Positions 34,803-45,052 of a stretch of DNA of 64,000 nucleotides are shown here, one piece after another. Under the pieces are notes generated by a model, which was not told where the DNA came from, searched no databases, and saw only the letters and a program-made list of their open reading frames with translations. This DNA comes from Pseudothermotoga sp. (GTDB lineage Bacteria > Thermotogota > Thermotogae > Thermotogales > DSM-5069): NCBI GenBank assembly GCA_031962025.1, contig JAVRKW010000009.1. One strand, written 5' to 3'. How positions within the stretch are numbered: the stretch's first letter is position 1; every line of letters begins with the position of its first letter. The translations under genes were made by a program, and so were the position numbers.

Positions 34803-35747
34803 TTATACTTTCAGGCATGAAGCATAATGACCTGGCTCTATTTGTCTGAGCTGTGGGGTCTGTTTTTCACATTCACTATCTGCAAATGGGCACCTGTTTG
34901 CAAAATTACATCCAACCTGCGGTTGAAAAACCCCCATGAGTTCTCTGGGTTTGATCCTTTGTTTTTTCTCAAAAACCGATGGCGAATAACTCACCAAAAC
35001 TTTTGTATATGGATGCAACGATTTTTCCACAACATCAGATGATTTTCCCATTTCAACAATCTTACCAAGATACAAAACTGCTATCCGATCACTCACGTAT
35101 TTTGCTAAGGATATATCATGCGTTATAAACATCACAGTGGTTTTCTCTGTTCTGACAAGATCAAGCATGAGATTTATTACACTGGCTCTGACAGATAAAT
35201 CAAGCATTGAAACGCACTCATCTGCTATCAAAAAAGTGGGATTGAGCATCATAGCCCTCAAAAGCGAGATTCTCTGTAACTGTCCGCCTGACAACTCATG
35301 CGGATATCGACTCAAAAAAGATTCAGCAGGCTCAAGCCCGGCACGGTGCAAAAAGTGCTTTATTATTTCTTTCCTTTGGGAATCACTTTCTCCAATCTTG
35401 TTTATCTTCAAGGGAATTTTAAGAGAGTCTTCTATGGTTAATCTTTGATCAAAAGATTCATACGGATTCTGGAAAATTATCTGAATCTCTCTTCTTGTAT
35501 CGGAGGAAAGCTTTGTCGAACCACTTATTCTGTTTCCCTTGAAAAGGATCTCACCTTCTGTCTCTTTCTCTATTCTGCTGAGCACCAAACCAAGTGTGGA
35601 TTTTCCACAGCCACTTTCACCCAGAACTCCAAATATTTCACCCTGGTCTATATCAAAACTCACATCATCGAGTGCTTTCACAACGTATTTTTTCAACAAA
35701 CCCACTGTGAAATATTTTTTCAGATTATTTACCTGCAGTACTCGCAT
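34803..35747 (-). CDS. oppF: Oligopeptide/dipeptide ABC transporter ATP-binding protein
   Basis: GESGCGKST, YPHELSGGQLQR, ADE..S.LD, HPYT, C-terminal Cys cluster. Confidence 0.92.
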   Translation of the reverse strand: MRVLQVNNLKKYFTVGLLKKYVVKALDDVSFDIDQGEIFGVLGESGCGKSTLGLVLSRIEKETEGEILFKGNRISGSTKLSSDTRREIQIIFQNPYESFDQRLTIEDSLKIPLKINKIGESDSQRKEIIKHFLHRAGLEPAESFLSRYPHELSGGQLQRISLLRAMMLNPTFLIADECVSMLDLSVRASVINLMLDLVRTEKTTVMFITHDISLAKYVSDRIAVLYLGKIVEMGKSSDVVEKSLHPYTKVLVSYSPSVFEKKQRIKPRELMGVFQPQVGCNFANRCPFADSECEKQTPQLRQIEPGHYASCLKV

Positions 35748-36706
35748 GATCTATTCCCCACCTTCAAACAAGCCACGTGATGCCCTTCAAATTCAAAAAC
35801 AGGAGGAATTGTTTCAAGGCATTCTTGTGATGCTAAATCACATCTGGCGGCAAAAACACAACCATTTATCTGCTTTGAGAGGTCAGGAAGGTTTCCTGGT
35901 ATACTGTACAACTTTCCGCCTTTCTCAGCAAAATCTGGCAAGGAGGCAACAAGAGCCTTTGTATATGGATGTAATGGTCTATGAATCACCTGATCTTTGC
36001 TTCCATACTCCATGAGCCTTCCAGCATACATAACGGCGACATCGTCACAGAGTTCCGCTACAACCCCCAGATCATGGCTTATCACCATGCCTGTTAAAGA
36101 AAATTTCTCGATCAGGATCTTGAGTTCTTCTATTATCTGTCCCTGTGTAACTACATCAAGAGCAGTAGTAGCTTCATCCAAGATCACAAATTTTGGTGAG
36201 TTGACAAGTGCAAGTGCTATCATAACCCTTTGCATCATTCCACCTGAAAGCTGGTGAGGATAACATTCAAGCACTCTAACTGGCAAGTTAACTGTGCTCA
36301 AAAGCGATTCGAGCCTTTCTTTGATTTCTCTCTCATCCATCTGTGGATTGTGCACTATCAGCGCTTCTGACATCTGTGTCCCAATTTTGTGAACAGGGCT
36401 CAAAGCATTCATTGATCGTTGAAAAACCATCGAGAATTCTTTCCATCTAAACTTTTCAAGCTCACTATCGCTCATTGAAGTTATCTGATGACCCAGCAAT
36501 TCTATTTTTCCTTTTATCACATGTGCATTTTTTGGAAGAAGCCGCATGATTGCGTGTGCCAGCGTACTTTTACCTGAACCTGATTCCCCAACGACACCAA
36601 GAAATTTCCCTTTTTTCACAGAAACATTCAAATCTTCAACGGCATGTATCTGCTTTTTTCCAACCATATATCTAACAGTTAAATCTTCCACATCGAGTAC
36701 ATTCAT
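35729..36706 (-). CDS. oppD: Oligopeptide/dipeptide ABC transporter ATP-binding protein
   Basis: GESGSGKST, YPHQLSGGMMQR, DEATTALDV, HPYT. Confidence 0.92.
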   Translation of the reverse strand: MNVLDVEDLTVRYMVGKKQIHAVEDLNVSVKKGKFLGVVGESGSGKSTLAHAIMRLLPKNAHVIKGKIELLGHQITSMSDSELEKFRWKEFSMVFQRSMNALSPVHKIGTQMSEALIVHNPQMDEREIKERLESLLSTVNLPVRVLECYPHQLSGGMMQRVMIALALVNSPKFVILDEATTALDVVTQGQIIEELKILIEKFSLTGMVISHDLGVVAELCDDVAVMYAGRLMEYGSKDQVIHRPLHPYTKALVASLPDFAEKGGKLYSIPGNLPDLSKQINGCVFAARCDLASQECLETIPPVFEFEGHHVACLKVGNRSCEYCR

Positions 36707-37548
36707 TCTTCACTCACCTCACCAAGAGCTGGATAGAGTGCCTTTTGCAATCCGTCTCCTATAAAAGAAAATGCAATAACGGTGAGAATTGTGAAAATCC
36801 CAGGAAAAACTATGATCCACCAGGCGAAAGTCATGTAAGATTTTCCTTCACTTATCATCTTGCCCCAGCTCGTTACGTTTGGATCGCCAAGTCCAAGAAA
36901 ACTGAGCGCAGCTTCTGTCAAAATTGCTCCACCAATCTGAAGTGCACTGTTTGCAACAACAGGATACATACCATTTGGGATGATATGAGAAAATATTATT
37001 CTAAGGGTACTTTCACCATTTGCGCGTGCTATTTTAACAAAAGCCCTTTCCTTTATGCTTAGGGTTTGTGCCCTCATAATTCTCGCATTCGAAGGCCATG
37101 TAGTCAGACCTATCACAAGCATTATGTAGAACAGATTTCTACCAAATATGGCTACTATTATCAGTATCAGAAAGAATACCGGGATCATCAAGAAAGAATC
37201 AATGATCTTACTCACTACTTCATCCACTATGCCTCCATAGTAACCTGAGAGTGTACCAATGAAAATACCTATCAATGCCGAAAGACCAGCCGCAACAAAT
37301 CCAACAAGGAGTGATGTTCTGGTACCAAACACCACGCGACTGAAGACATCCCTTCCAAGGTGATCTGTACCAAAAAAGTGCTTCAACCCCGGTTTATAAA
37401 GAACATCTCCTGTCATCTCACCAGCTTTGTAGGGAGCTATTTGAGAAGAAAATACCGCAAAGAAAACCATCACTAAGAAAATGAATAAACCTGCCATTCC
37501 ATAATTATTTGATAAATATCTCTTCAAAAACGATTTGAATCTGCTCAC
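36703..37548 (-). CDS. oppC: Oligopeptide/dipeptide ABC transporter permease
   Basis: GTDHLGRD, EAA loop, EAALSFLGLG, SWG.MI, GDGL. Confidence 0.92.
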   Translation of the reverse strand: MSRFKSFLKRYLSNNYGMAGLFIFLVMVFFAVFSSQIAPYKAGEMTGDVLYKPGLKHFFGTDHLGRDVFSRVVFGTRTSLLVGFVAAGLSALIGIFIGTLSGYYGGIVDEVVSKIIDSFLMIPVFFLILIIVAIFGRNLFYIMLVIGLTTWPSNARIMRAQTLSIKERAFVKIARANGESTLRIIFSHIIPNGMYPVVANSALQIGGAILTEAALSFLGLGDPNVTSWGKMISEGKSYMTFAWWIIVFPGIFTILTVIAFSFIGDGLQKALYPALGEVSEE

Positions 37549-37558
37549 ACAATCACCT

Positions 37559-38533
37559 CTAAGTCAATCTGATCCTTGGGTCTACGAAAGCAATTACTAA
37601 GTCTGTTATAATCATAGCTATGCTTATAAACACAGCCATTAAAAAGTAAATCCCGAGTATCAACTGATAATCTCTTCTGTATATTGCATCCAGCAGCAAT
37701 CTACCCATTCCGGGCCAGGCAAAGACCGTTTCAATAATCGTTGCACCCGTTACTGAAAATCCCATGGTTATTCCAAAAACCGTCAAAGAAGGGATAATAG
37801 CATTTCTAATCACGTATTTTTTGAAAAGTCTCTGTCGTGGTACCCCTATTGCAGTTAAAGTTGTCACATAGTCCTGTTTGTAATTTTGAATTATACTTGC
37901 TCTCGTTACTCTGTAAAAAACTGGCATTTGGATCAAAATAAGAGTTACAGCAGGTAGAGTCAAATGATGCAGTAAATCCAAAAATTTGCGCATTCCTTCA
38001 TAAGATTCTCTCAAATTGAACATACCCGAAGTTGGGAACCATCTAAGTTTTGCAGAAAATACAAGGATCATTATCAAACCAAGCCAAAAGGATGGCATTG
38101 CATAAAGTATGTAGGAAATGATCGATACAAATGTATCTTTGCTCGATTTTTGTGTCTTGCTAACGAATATCGCAAGATAAGTGCCTATAAAAAAGGCAAT
38201 AAGACTGCCTGTAACTGTTAAAACCAAGGTCGGCCCGATTCTCTGCTTTATCAAAATCCAGCTTGGTTGATCATAGACATAAGAATAACCAAAATCCCCT
38301 TTTAATAAATTTCCAATGTACTTAAAATATTGCACGATGACTGGCTGATCAAGTCCATATCTCTTTTTCAGGGCTTCTATCATTTGCTTGGACGGATTTT
38401 CAAGGCCTACCATTATCGTAACAGGATCACCCGGTGCAAGATGAATTATGAAAAAATTCAGAGTCAAAACCAAAAACACCAGGATGATTGCAGAAATGAT
38501 TCTCCTCACCAGATATCGAGCAAAATGATCCAT
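37559..38533 (-). CDS. oppB: Oligopeptide/dipeptide ABC transporter permease
   Basis: APGDP, GLDQP...QY, GDFGYS, ETVFAWPGMG, RDY, DPRI. Confidence 0.92.
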   Translation of the reverse strand: MDHFARYLVRRIISAIILVFLVLTLNFFIIHLAPGDPVTIMVGLENPSKQMIEALKKRYGLDQPVIVQYFKYIGNLLKGDFGYSYVYDQPSWILIKQRIGPTLVLTVTGSLIAFFIGTYLAIFVSKTQKSSKDTFVSIISYILYAMPSFWLGLIMILVFSAKLRWFPTSGMFNLRESYEGMRKFLDLLHHLTLPAVTLILIQMPVFYRVTRASIIQNYKQDYVTTLTAIGVPRQRLFKKYVIRNAIIPSLTVFGITMGFSVTGATIIETVFAWPGMGRLLLDAIYRRDYQLILGIYFLMAVFISIAMIITDLVIAFVDPRIRLT

Positions 38534-38560
38534 GCGGCAACACACTCTCCTTTAAGGATA

Positions 38561-38584
38561 AGCCACCCACAAATGTGGGTGGCT
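38561..38584 (-). other. Intercistronic stem-loop after the solute-binding protein gene
   Basis: AGCCACCCAC-AAAT-GTGGGTGGCT, perfect 10-bp stem with no U-tract. Confidence 0.65.
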
Positions 38585-38590
38585 ACACAG

Positions 38591-40153
38591 CTATTTGTCC
38601 AGCCATGTCTTTGCGTAGTTGTTGAGAGCTATCTTTCCAACCAACTGGTATGGCAAATCTTTTACATATTTTTTGTGCACATAATTAACTGCAACTTCAC
38701 CAATTGGGTAAAATGGCAGATCTTGTGCGAGTATTTCCTGAATTTTGAAGTAGTATTCCTTCCTCTTATCTGGATCTACTACAGTTGCTCCTTTATCGAG
38801 CAGTTCGTCAACTTCTTTTGAAGAATAACCCATCACGTTTATGTCTCCACCTGTGCCTACTCTGAGTTTCAAGTTATCCGGATCAGGTCCCTGGAAACCA
38901 TTGAGAACTGTTAAATCGAAATCCCCACCCTTCAGGCATTTTTCTATGTAGGCAGCTATCTCATATTCTTCCAATGTCACTTTGATACCAACTTTGTCCA
39001 GCTGTTCTTTTATGATCGTGGCCATATCTCTCCAAACCTGTCCTTGGAAATAAACCAGTGTCACTTCGAACCTGTAACCATCTTTTCCCCTTGGATATCC
39101 CGCTTCATCCAGCAGTTTCTCAGCCATCTTCAAATCCTGACCTGGTGCTTTTGCATTCGGGTTATAAGCCCACGGAATACCCTGTGTGTAAAATCCATCA
39201 CTCACAGAGCCGTATTTAATTGCTTTATCAAAAATTTCCTGTCTGTTGAGAGCATAGGCAGCCGCAAAGCGCACCTTTGGGTTGTTGAATGGTGAGGAAC
39301 GCCTTGCAACATTGAATCCCATGTAATACCTGCTTGGAGCGGGTTTTTGAAAAACAACAATATCAGGCATCTTTTGATAAATCGGAATGTGCACATTGCT
39401 GACATTATTGTTCACATCAACTTCGCCACTTAAAAAAGCTTGTTGAGCAGTATCTTGATCTGGTATGATTTTGAAAATAATCCTGTCCAGATATGGCTCT
39501 CCCATAAAATATTCCGGGTTCTTCTGCAAAATAACATGACTACCCTTTACCCACTCGACAAATTTGAAGGGACCTGTTCCAACAGGTTTCTGGTTGGCTG
39601 GATTATCCATCCAATCGACAGGAGAACCGTCTCTGGTTATGTCGTATATGTGTTTTGGCATTACCCAAGTACCATACCAAGACAAAAATCCGATAAAAGC
39701 CGCCTGTGGTTGGCTCATTTTGAAGACCACTGTATAATCATCTTTTGCCTCAATTGATATGACTTTCTCGAAGTACTTTGAAGCCGTTGCCTCTGGATGA
39801 GATTTGATTTGACTGTATGTCCAGACTGCATCTTCAGCCGTGCATGGTTTACCATCATGCCACTTTACTCCTTTTCTGAGGTGAAAGGTATAAGTGAGCC
39901 CATCAGGAGAGATTTCCCAGCTTTCTGCAAGATCTGGTATTACATTGTAATCTGCGTCCAGAGCAACGAGTTTGCTGAAGATACATCCATAAATCCCATT
40001 TCCAGCATCGTCGGTTTTTGCATCTGGGTTGAAAGAAATAGGATCGCCCCAATGGGCAATGACCAAGGTTCCACCCTTTTTGGGTGTCTGAGCGGCAGCG
40101 AGTAATAACACGCAGGTTACCAGGAATGCCAGAACAAACAACTTCTTCGCCAT
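38591..40153 (-). CDS. oppA: Family 5 (Opp/Dpp) ABC substrate-binding protein
   Basis: Signal peptide, PDLAESWEIS.DG.TYTFHLR.GVKWHDG, GTGPFK. Confidence 0.92.
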   Translation of the reverse strand: MAKKLFVLAFLVTCVLLLAAAQTPKKGGTLVIAHWGDPISFNPDAKTDDAGNGIYGCIFSKLVALDADYNVIPDLAESWEISPDGLTYTFHLRKGVKWHDGKPCTAEDAVWTYSQIKSHPEATASKYFEKVISIEAKDDYTVVFKMSQPQAAFIGFLSWYGTWVMPKHIYDITRDGSPVDWMDNPANQKPVGTGPFKFVEWVKGSHVILQKNPEYFMGEPYLDRIIFKIIPDQDTAQQAFLSGEVDVNNNVSNVHIPIYQKMPDIVVFQKPAPSRYYMGFNVARRSSPFNNPKVRFAAAYALNRQEIFDKAIKYGSVSDGFYTQGIPWAYNPNAKAPGQDLKMAEKLLDEAGYPRGKDGYRFEVTLVYFQGQVWRDMATIIKEQLDKVGIKVTLEEYEIAAYIEKCLKGGDFDLTVLNGFQGPDPDNLKLRVGTGGDINVMGYSSKEVDELLDKGATVVDPDKRKEYYFKIQEILAQDLPFYPIGEVAVNYVHKKYVKDLPYQLVGKIALNNYAKTWLDK

Positions 40154-40175
40154 AATAACACCTCCTTAAAATAGT

Positions 40176-41291
40176 TTAATGATCAAAGACAATCTTCCCA
40201 TCTATGATTACAACTTCTATCCTCGAATTTGGCTTTAAAGGATGATCACTTGAAATAACCAGATCAGCATCTTTTCCAATACAGATGCTGCCAACCTTGT
40301 CATCGATCTTGAGCATTTTTGCTGGATTTACAGTGATCATCTTTAAAGCATCATCATAAGAAAGGCCGTTTCTGACAACCACACTACCGAGCAATCTCAA
40401 ATGCTTTTGAGGAATAACTGGGTGATCTGTCATGAGTGCTACGCAGACACCTGCTTTACACAGTTCTACAGGTATCCTGTCATTAACATACCTGAAGGCT
40501 GAATAAAGTTTTGAGAGCATCACAGGACCATAAACAACCGGAACATTAGATTGTTTTATTTCATTTATCAACAAATCTCCAGCAAAAACGTGATCAATTG
40601 TTGCACAAAGATTGAATTCCTTTATGATATCCAAAACTGCGATAATCTCATCTGGAGAAGTGGAAAGATGAATCTTTGCGATCATATCCCTTTTGAGTAC
40701 CTTAGACACGTAGTGATATTGAAATTCTTTTGTATCATCGGGATTTTCCATCCACTTTTTTGCATCATACAGAGTGTCTCGCAGAAGGGCAACTGTTCCC
40801 ATTCGAGTAGATGGATAGGGTTCCTTGGATTTGTACTCTCTGATACCCTTTGGACCGAGTGCCATCTTCAAAGCTGCCTCCCGGTTCAGCACCCTGCCGT
40901 TAGTTTTCGCAATCAACCCGACTCCACCAATCACGTTAGCGCTGCCTGGTCCGGTGTAGACTGTTGTCACTCCACCCGAAATAGCATCACTGAAGGCTTT
41001 GTCAAAAAAATCTATGGCATCTATTGCTCTCATCTGTGGAGTTATTGGACCTGAGAAATCATTGACATCACTGTATTCCCAATCCAATCCTTCTGGGATC
41101 AAGCCAATGTGGCTGTGTGCATCGACAAAACCAGGAGAGATGAATTTTCCGGTTGCATCTATTTTTCTGTAATGGGAATCAAAACCGATCCTTTTACCAA
41201 CGTATTTTATCTTCTCATCTTCAATGAGTATTAACCCATCCTCGATGACCTCAAATCCCGTCCAGATAGTACCCCCAATCACTGCGATCAT
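40176..41291 (-). CDS. Amidohydrolase family protein
   Basis: PGFVDAHSH, GVTT, PGSANVIGG, TDHP, GKDADLV. Confidence 0.9.
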   Translation of the reverse strand: MIAVIGGTIWTGFEVIEDGLILIEDEKIKYVGKRIGFDSHYRKIDATGKFISPGFVDAHSHIGLIPEGLDWEYSDVNDFSGPITPQMRAIDAIDFFDKAFSDAISGGVTTVYTGPGSANVIGGVGLIAKTNGRVLNREAALKMALGPKGIREYKSKEPYPSTRMGTVALLRDTLYDAKKWMENPDDTKEFQYHYVSKVLKRDMIAKIHLSTSPDEIIAVLDIIKEFNLCATIDHVFAGDLLINEIKQSNVPVVYGPVMLSKLYSAFRYVNDRIPVELCKAGVCVALMTDHPVIPQKHLRLLGSVVVRNGLSYDDALKMITVNPAKMLKIDDKVGSICIGKDADLVISSDHPLKPNSRIEVVIIDGKIVFDH

Positions 41292-42418
41292 CTTTCATCC
41301 CTCCAACAGACCTGGCCGTCGATGATCGTGCATATTACTTTCGTATCTGGTTGAAAAGGCTCATTTGAAAGAATCACAAGATCTGCATCTTTACCAACTT
41401 CAATTGAACCTGTTTGATTATCTATACCCAAAATTCTGGCAGCATTGATAGTAATAAGAGACAGCGCTTCATAAACAGAAAAACCTTCAGCTATGGACAG
41501 ACCGGCAAGCAAATCAAGATACTGGATGGGGAGCGTGGGATGGTCAGTCGTGAGGCAAAAATCAATACCTTTCATCTTTGAGAGGTTCAAAGAGTCCAGG
41601 TTTTTCAGCTCTACACCTCTCTTTGAGAAAACCACGGGACCATAAACAACAGGTATATCCTTCAGATCATCTTTCAGCATATAAGCTTCTGTCCCATGAT
41701 CGAGTATGATTTTTATATTGAATTCCTCGGCAAGCCTTTTTACAGCAACGATATCTCTGACGGTATGGACATGAACCCTCAATGGGATTTTCCTTTCAAG
41801 CAAAGGAATCAAAGCTTCTAATTTTGGATTCGTTTTTTCATGTTTATCTTTCATGTACCGCAGTGTCTGGGTAAAAATCGATCTTATCTCTGCAATCATT
41901 CCCATTCTCGTAGTGGGTGTCATCTTGCGCTCTGTCAAAAATCTTTTGGGGTGTTCTCCAAGCGCGGCTTTGATACACGCTGATTTTCTGATCAATCTTC
42001 GATTCGTTTTATAAATCGCACCCTGCCCAGGCATAATAGTGATTTTCTCAACGCTACTACCAAAAGACATGTATGAACCTGGGAGTATGCCAACAGTTGT
42101 CACACCGGCTCTTATTGCATCTTCAAAAGCAGGATCAAACGGATCAACTCCATCCACTACGTTCAAATGGGGAGTCAAAGGGTCTGAACTTTCAAATCCG
42201 TGATCGCCATTTTCACCTTCCAGACGATAGATACCAATATGAGTGTGTGGATCAATAAAACCTGGTGCAACATAGTACTTGCTGGCATCGATAAAATCAT
42301 GATCATCAGAAAAGGTAGATTTCGTGGTTATATCTCTAATCTTTCCCTGCTCAACGACAACTGTAACACCACTCATCTGCTCAAAGGGTGTAAGCAGAGT
42401 TTTGCATGTTATTTTCAA
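41288..42418 (-). CDS. Amidohydrolase family protein
   Basis: PGFIDPHTH, GVTT, HVH, DH, TDHP, GKDADLV; TTG start after GGGAGGG. Confidence 0.9.
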   Translation of the reverse strand: MKITCKTLLTPFEQMSGVTVVVEQGKIRDITTKSTFSDDHDFIDASKYYVAPGFIDPHTHIGIYRLEGENGDHGFESSDPLTPHLNVVDGVDPFDPAFEDAIRAGVTTVGILPGSYMSFGSSVEKITIMPGQGAIYKTNRRLIRKSACIKAALGEHPKRFLTERKMTPTTRMGMIAEIRSIFTQTLRYMKDKHEKTNPKLEALIPLLERKIPLRVHVHTVRDIVAVKRLAEEFNIKIILDHGTEAYMLKDDLKDIPVVYGPVVFSKRGVELKNLDSLNLSKMKGIDFCLTTDHPTLPIQYLDLLAGLSIAEGFSVYEALSLITINAARILGIDNQTGSIEVGKDADLVILSNEPFQPDTKVICTIIDGQVCWRDER

Positions 42419-42686
42419 GATAAACCCTCCCAACAAAAGAAAAATAGATCTAAAAGGACGTTTTGAAAAAAATCTCTTAACTGTTTTTATTGTCACTAAT
42501 CGTATCACCAAATTTGCATACTGAAATTGAATTTGATGTTACACAACAGGCAATTAATGTTCCTATAGCTAACTAATTGTCACGAACAAATGTATCTTGG
42601 CACGCAGTTTTGGATCTTTAACCCGCATTTCAAACAACACATGTTAAACTATAGCTGGGTGTAATTTTGCAAAAGAGGTGATCAAG

Positions 42687-43163
42687 ATGCAAAAAATAAA
42701 CAAGAAAAAGAGAATTGCCCTGATAGCTCACGACAGAAGGAAAAAAGATCTGATTGAATGGGTACAATTCAACAGGGGTACTTTATCAGAACACGAACTT
42801 TACGCGACAGGTACAACTGGTTCATTGATTGAGCAGAAAACAGGTCTCAAGGTGACAAAATTCAAAAGTGGTCCATTGGGAGGCGATCAGGAAATAGGGG
42901 CAAAGATATCCCAAGGCGAGATAGACATACTGATCTTTTTCTGGGACCCGCTTGAGCCTCTTGCACACGATGTCGATATAAAAGCTCTGATAAGAATTGC
43001 CACAGTTTACAATATACCAGTTGCAATCACAAGATCTACGGCTGATTTTTTGATCTCTTCACCTCTGTTCAAAACAGAATACGAAAGAATATTGCCCGAT
43101 TATGAATCAGAACTCAAAGAAAGAATCATGAAGATCGTTCAGCAAAATTCAGAGCAGGATTGA
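42687..43163 (+). CDS. mgsA: Methylglyoxal synthase
   Basis: IALIAHD..K, ATGTTG, SGPLGGDQEIGA, FFWDPL, HDVD. Confidence 0.97.
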   Translation: MQKINKKKRIALIAHDRRKKDLIEWVQFNRGTLSEHELYATGTTGSLIEQKTGLKVTKFKSGPLGGDQEIGAKISQGEIDILIFFWDPLEPLAHDVDIKALIRIATVYNIPVAITRSTADFLISSPLFKTEYERILPDYESELKERIMKIVQQNSEQD

Positions 43164-44145
43164 CTTTTCTCAAATATCCATTGTCTTCAAACCATTGCAA
43201 CGCATCTTTCAAAGACTCAAACAGAGGTCTTGGATTGTAACCAAGTTTTTCCGTAGCTTTTTGGTGTGAATAAACGTAGTTTCTGGTGAGAGTGTGGACA
43301 CTATAGGGTGTCAGCAGGGGTTTTTTCTTTTTTAAAAGATAATAAGCCGATGCGACCAAAGAGATAGGATAAGCTATATAACTTGGCAGAAACAGGTTTA
43401 CAGACCTTGATGGTCTTATTTTCTGAAGCATCTGGACAAAAGCCCTTATAGTCGTGTAGTGACCGCTTGCAATGAACAGCTCTCCTTTTTCTGCTCTGTT
43501 ACATGCCTTGATCAAAAGATCTGCCACGTCGCGAACATCTACAAAATCAAATGAGCCACAGATACCCACCCTGAGAAGGTTCTTTGAATGTAAAAGCAGT
43601 AAATTACCCATCTCAGATACACGCCAATCATACGGTCCTACGACTCCTGTGGGACAGACAACAACCGCATCCAATCCTTTTTTCACCGATTCAAGAACCT
43701 TCAATGTAGCTATAGCCTTTGACTTTGCGTAATCTCCAGATGTTTTTTGCGGGTCTATTGGAGTTGATTCATCGATGAGAGAACCTACCTTTGGTTCACA
43801 AAAAGCATGGATGGAGCTCACATAGACAAGTCTGTGAACTTTGTTTTCTGTGCACGCTCTTATAACATTTTCGGTACCGGTGACATTCACATCATAAACG
43901 ATCTTTCTCCTGCCAAGGATGGATATAACAGCAGCAAGGTGGTATACTACCTCAACATCTTTGCTCGCATCGCGGACAAAATCGTAATCTCTTATGTCTC
44001 CTCTCACAATTTGTACTGGCAAGCCCTCAAGTGGTACGGTGTCTTCAAAAGGTGCCACCATCGCTCTGACATTTTGATTTGATGCAACGAGTAACCTAAC
44101 CAGGACATTTCCCAAATGACCGGTTGCTCCCGTGACTAAAATCAT
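43126..44145 (-). CDS. NAD-dependent epimerase/dehydratase (dihydroflavonol reductase-like SDR)
   Basis: VTGATGHLG, YHLAA, VSS, YAKSK, GPYD. Confidence 0.9.
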   Translation of the reverse strand: MILVTGATGHLGNVLVRLLVASNQNVRAMVAPFEDTVPLEGLPVQIVRGDIRDYDFVRDASKDVEVVYHLAAVISILGRRKIVYDVNVTGTENVIRACTENKVHRLVYVSSIHAFCEPKVGSLIDESTPIDPQKTSGDYAKSKAIATLKVLESVKKGLDAVVVCPTGVVGPYDWRVSEMGNLLLLHSKNLLRVGICGSFDFVDVRDVADLLIKACNRAEKGELFIASGHYTTIRAFVQMLQKIRPSRSVNLFLPSYIAYPISLVASAYYLLKKKKPLLTPYSVHTLTRNYVYSHQKATEKLGYNPRPLFESLKDALQWFEDNGYLRKVNPALNFAERSS

Positions 44146-44579
44146 GGTCTCTCACCCAATAAAAAAAGCCTTGAGAGTCTTTCAAAACCTTCAGCCATTA
44201 TCGCAAGGTCTTCAGGTGGTATCCAAGAAGTGACTTTATCTATCAATTTTGAAAAATCTGAAAGAATCTGTTTGTAAATTTGCTGACCTTTTTGAGTCAG
44301 TTCAATCATTATGACACGTCTGTCTTCGTCCGATCTGGAACGCGATACAAAGCCTTTCTGCTCAAGTGAATCGACAAGAAAGGTTATGTTGCTCTTTGTC
44401 ATGGAAAAAGCCTGAGCAAGTTCGCTCATCTTTTGTGAACCCTTCTGGGCTACGTACAAAAGTACATACAGCTCTATAGCCCTTAGATTCTCAACTTCGT
44501 TGTTAAAGTTGAGCATTTTCGAAAAGGTCAGAACCAGATCGAAGATAGATCTCATAATCTTTTCTGCATCGATTTTCAT
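44142..44579 (-). CDS. MarR family transcriptional regulator
   Basis: wHTH with SELA....TKSNIT..VD.LE.KG.V.R...DRR....LT..G. Confidence 0.93.
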   Translation of the reverse strand: MKIDAEKIMRSIFDLVLTFSKMLNFNNEVENLRAIELYVLLYVAQKGSQKMSELAQAFSMTKSNITFLVDSLEQKGFVSRSRSDEDRRVIMIELTQKGQQIYKQILSDFSKLIDKVTSWIPPEDLAIMAEGFERLSRLFLLGERP

Positions 44580-44596
44580 ATACTCACCCTCTTTGA

Positions 44597-44640
44597 ATTA
44601 TATAGTTAATTTTATAAACTGTCAAGAATTTTAACTATAT
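44597..44640 (-). promoter_or_regulatory. Consensus sigma70 promoter of marR overlapped by an inverted repeat (probable autoregulatory operator)
   Basis: Minus-strand TTGACA-17-TATAAT (44625-44597); IR ATATAGTTAA (44600-44609) / TTAACTATAT (44631-44640). Confidence 0.75.
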
Positions 44641-44711
44641 GATTTTGAAAATATTCAGACCTTTATCTTCTCATCTTCAACAGGATTATGGGCTGAAAGG
44701 ATAAAACAAAA

Positions 44712-44985
44712 GGTGCCACGAACCTATCCTCGACTGGCTCAGACCAGGGCGTTGATGTACCTCCGGCTCCAGTCAGGCTCCCCTGCGGCACACGATGGAA
44801 ACTGCTTATGGCTGCTTCCTTCCGGACCTGACCAGGTTCACAGCCCACCGTTGCACAGGACCCAACCTTCAACGCCTTCAGTACATCCCGTTTCCTGACC
44901 CAAGTAGCCTCAGATAGGCCTTCAGCCCCGCTGTGGCGGATTTCGGGTTACAGGGGACCGCCAACCCCCCGCCTATCGTGGCACC
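44712..44985 (-). ncRNA. ffs: Signal recognition particle RNA, large bacterial type with Alu domain
   Basis: Helix 8 motif TCAGGTCCGGAAGGAAGCAGC; complementary ends GGTGCCACG/CGTGGCACC; 5' Alu-like region with TGTAAC; 274 nt, GC-rich. Confidence 0.95.
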
Positions 44986-45021
44986 GATTTAATTATAAAC
45001 CATATTCTCTTTTTTCAGACG

Positions 45022-45052
45022 AAAAACAAAATCCCGCAGTCGACCTGCGGGA
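45022..45052 (-). terminator. Intrinsic terminator upstream of the ffs promoter
   Basis: Minus strand CCCGCAG-GTCGA-CTGCGGG followed by ATTTTGTTTTT. Confidence 0.65.

Noticed and set aside
42598..42613. TGGCACG sigma54-like element upstream of mgsA
   Set aside because: No TTGC -12 element at the required spacing
44663..44898. Two short ORFs on opposite strands
   Set aside because: They overlap the SRP RNA gene
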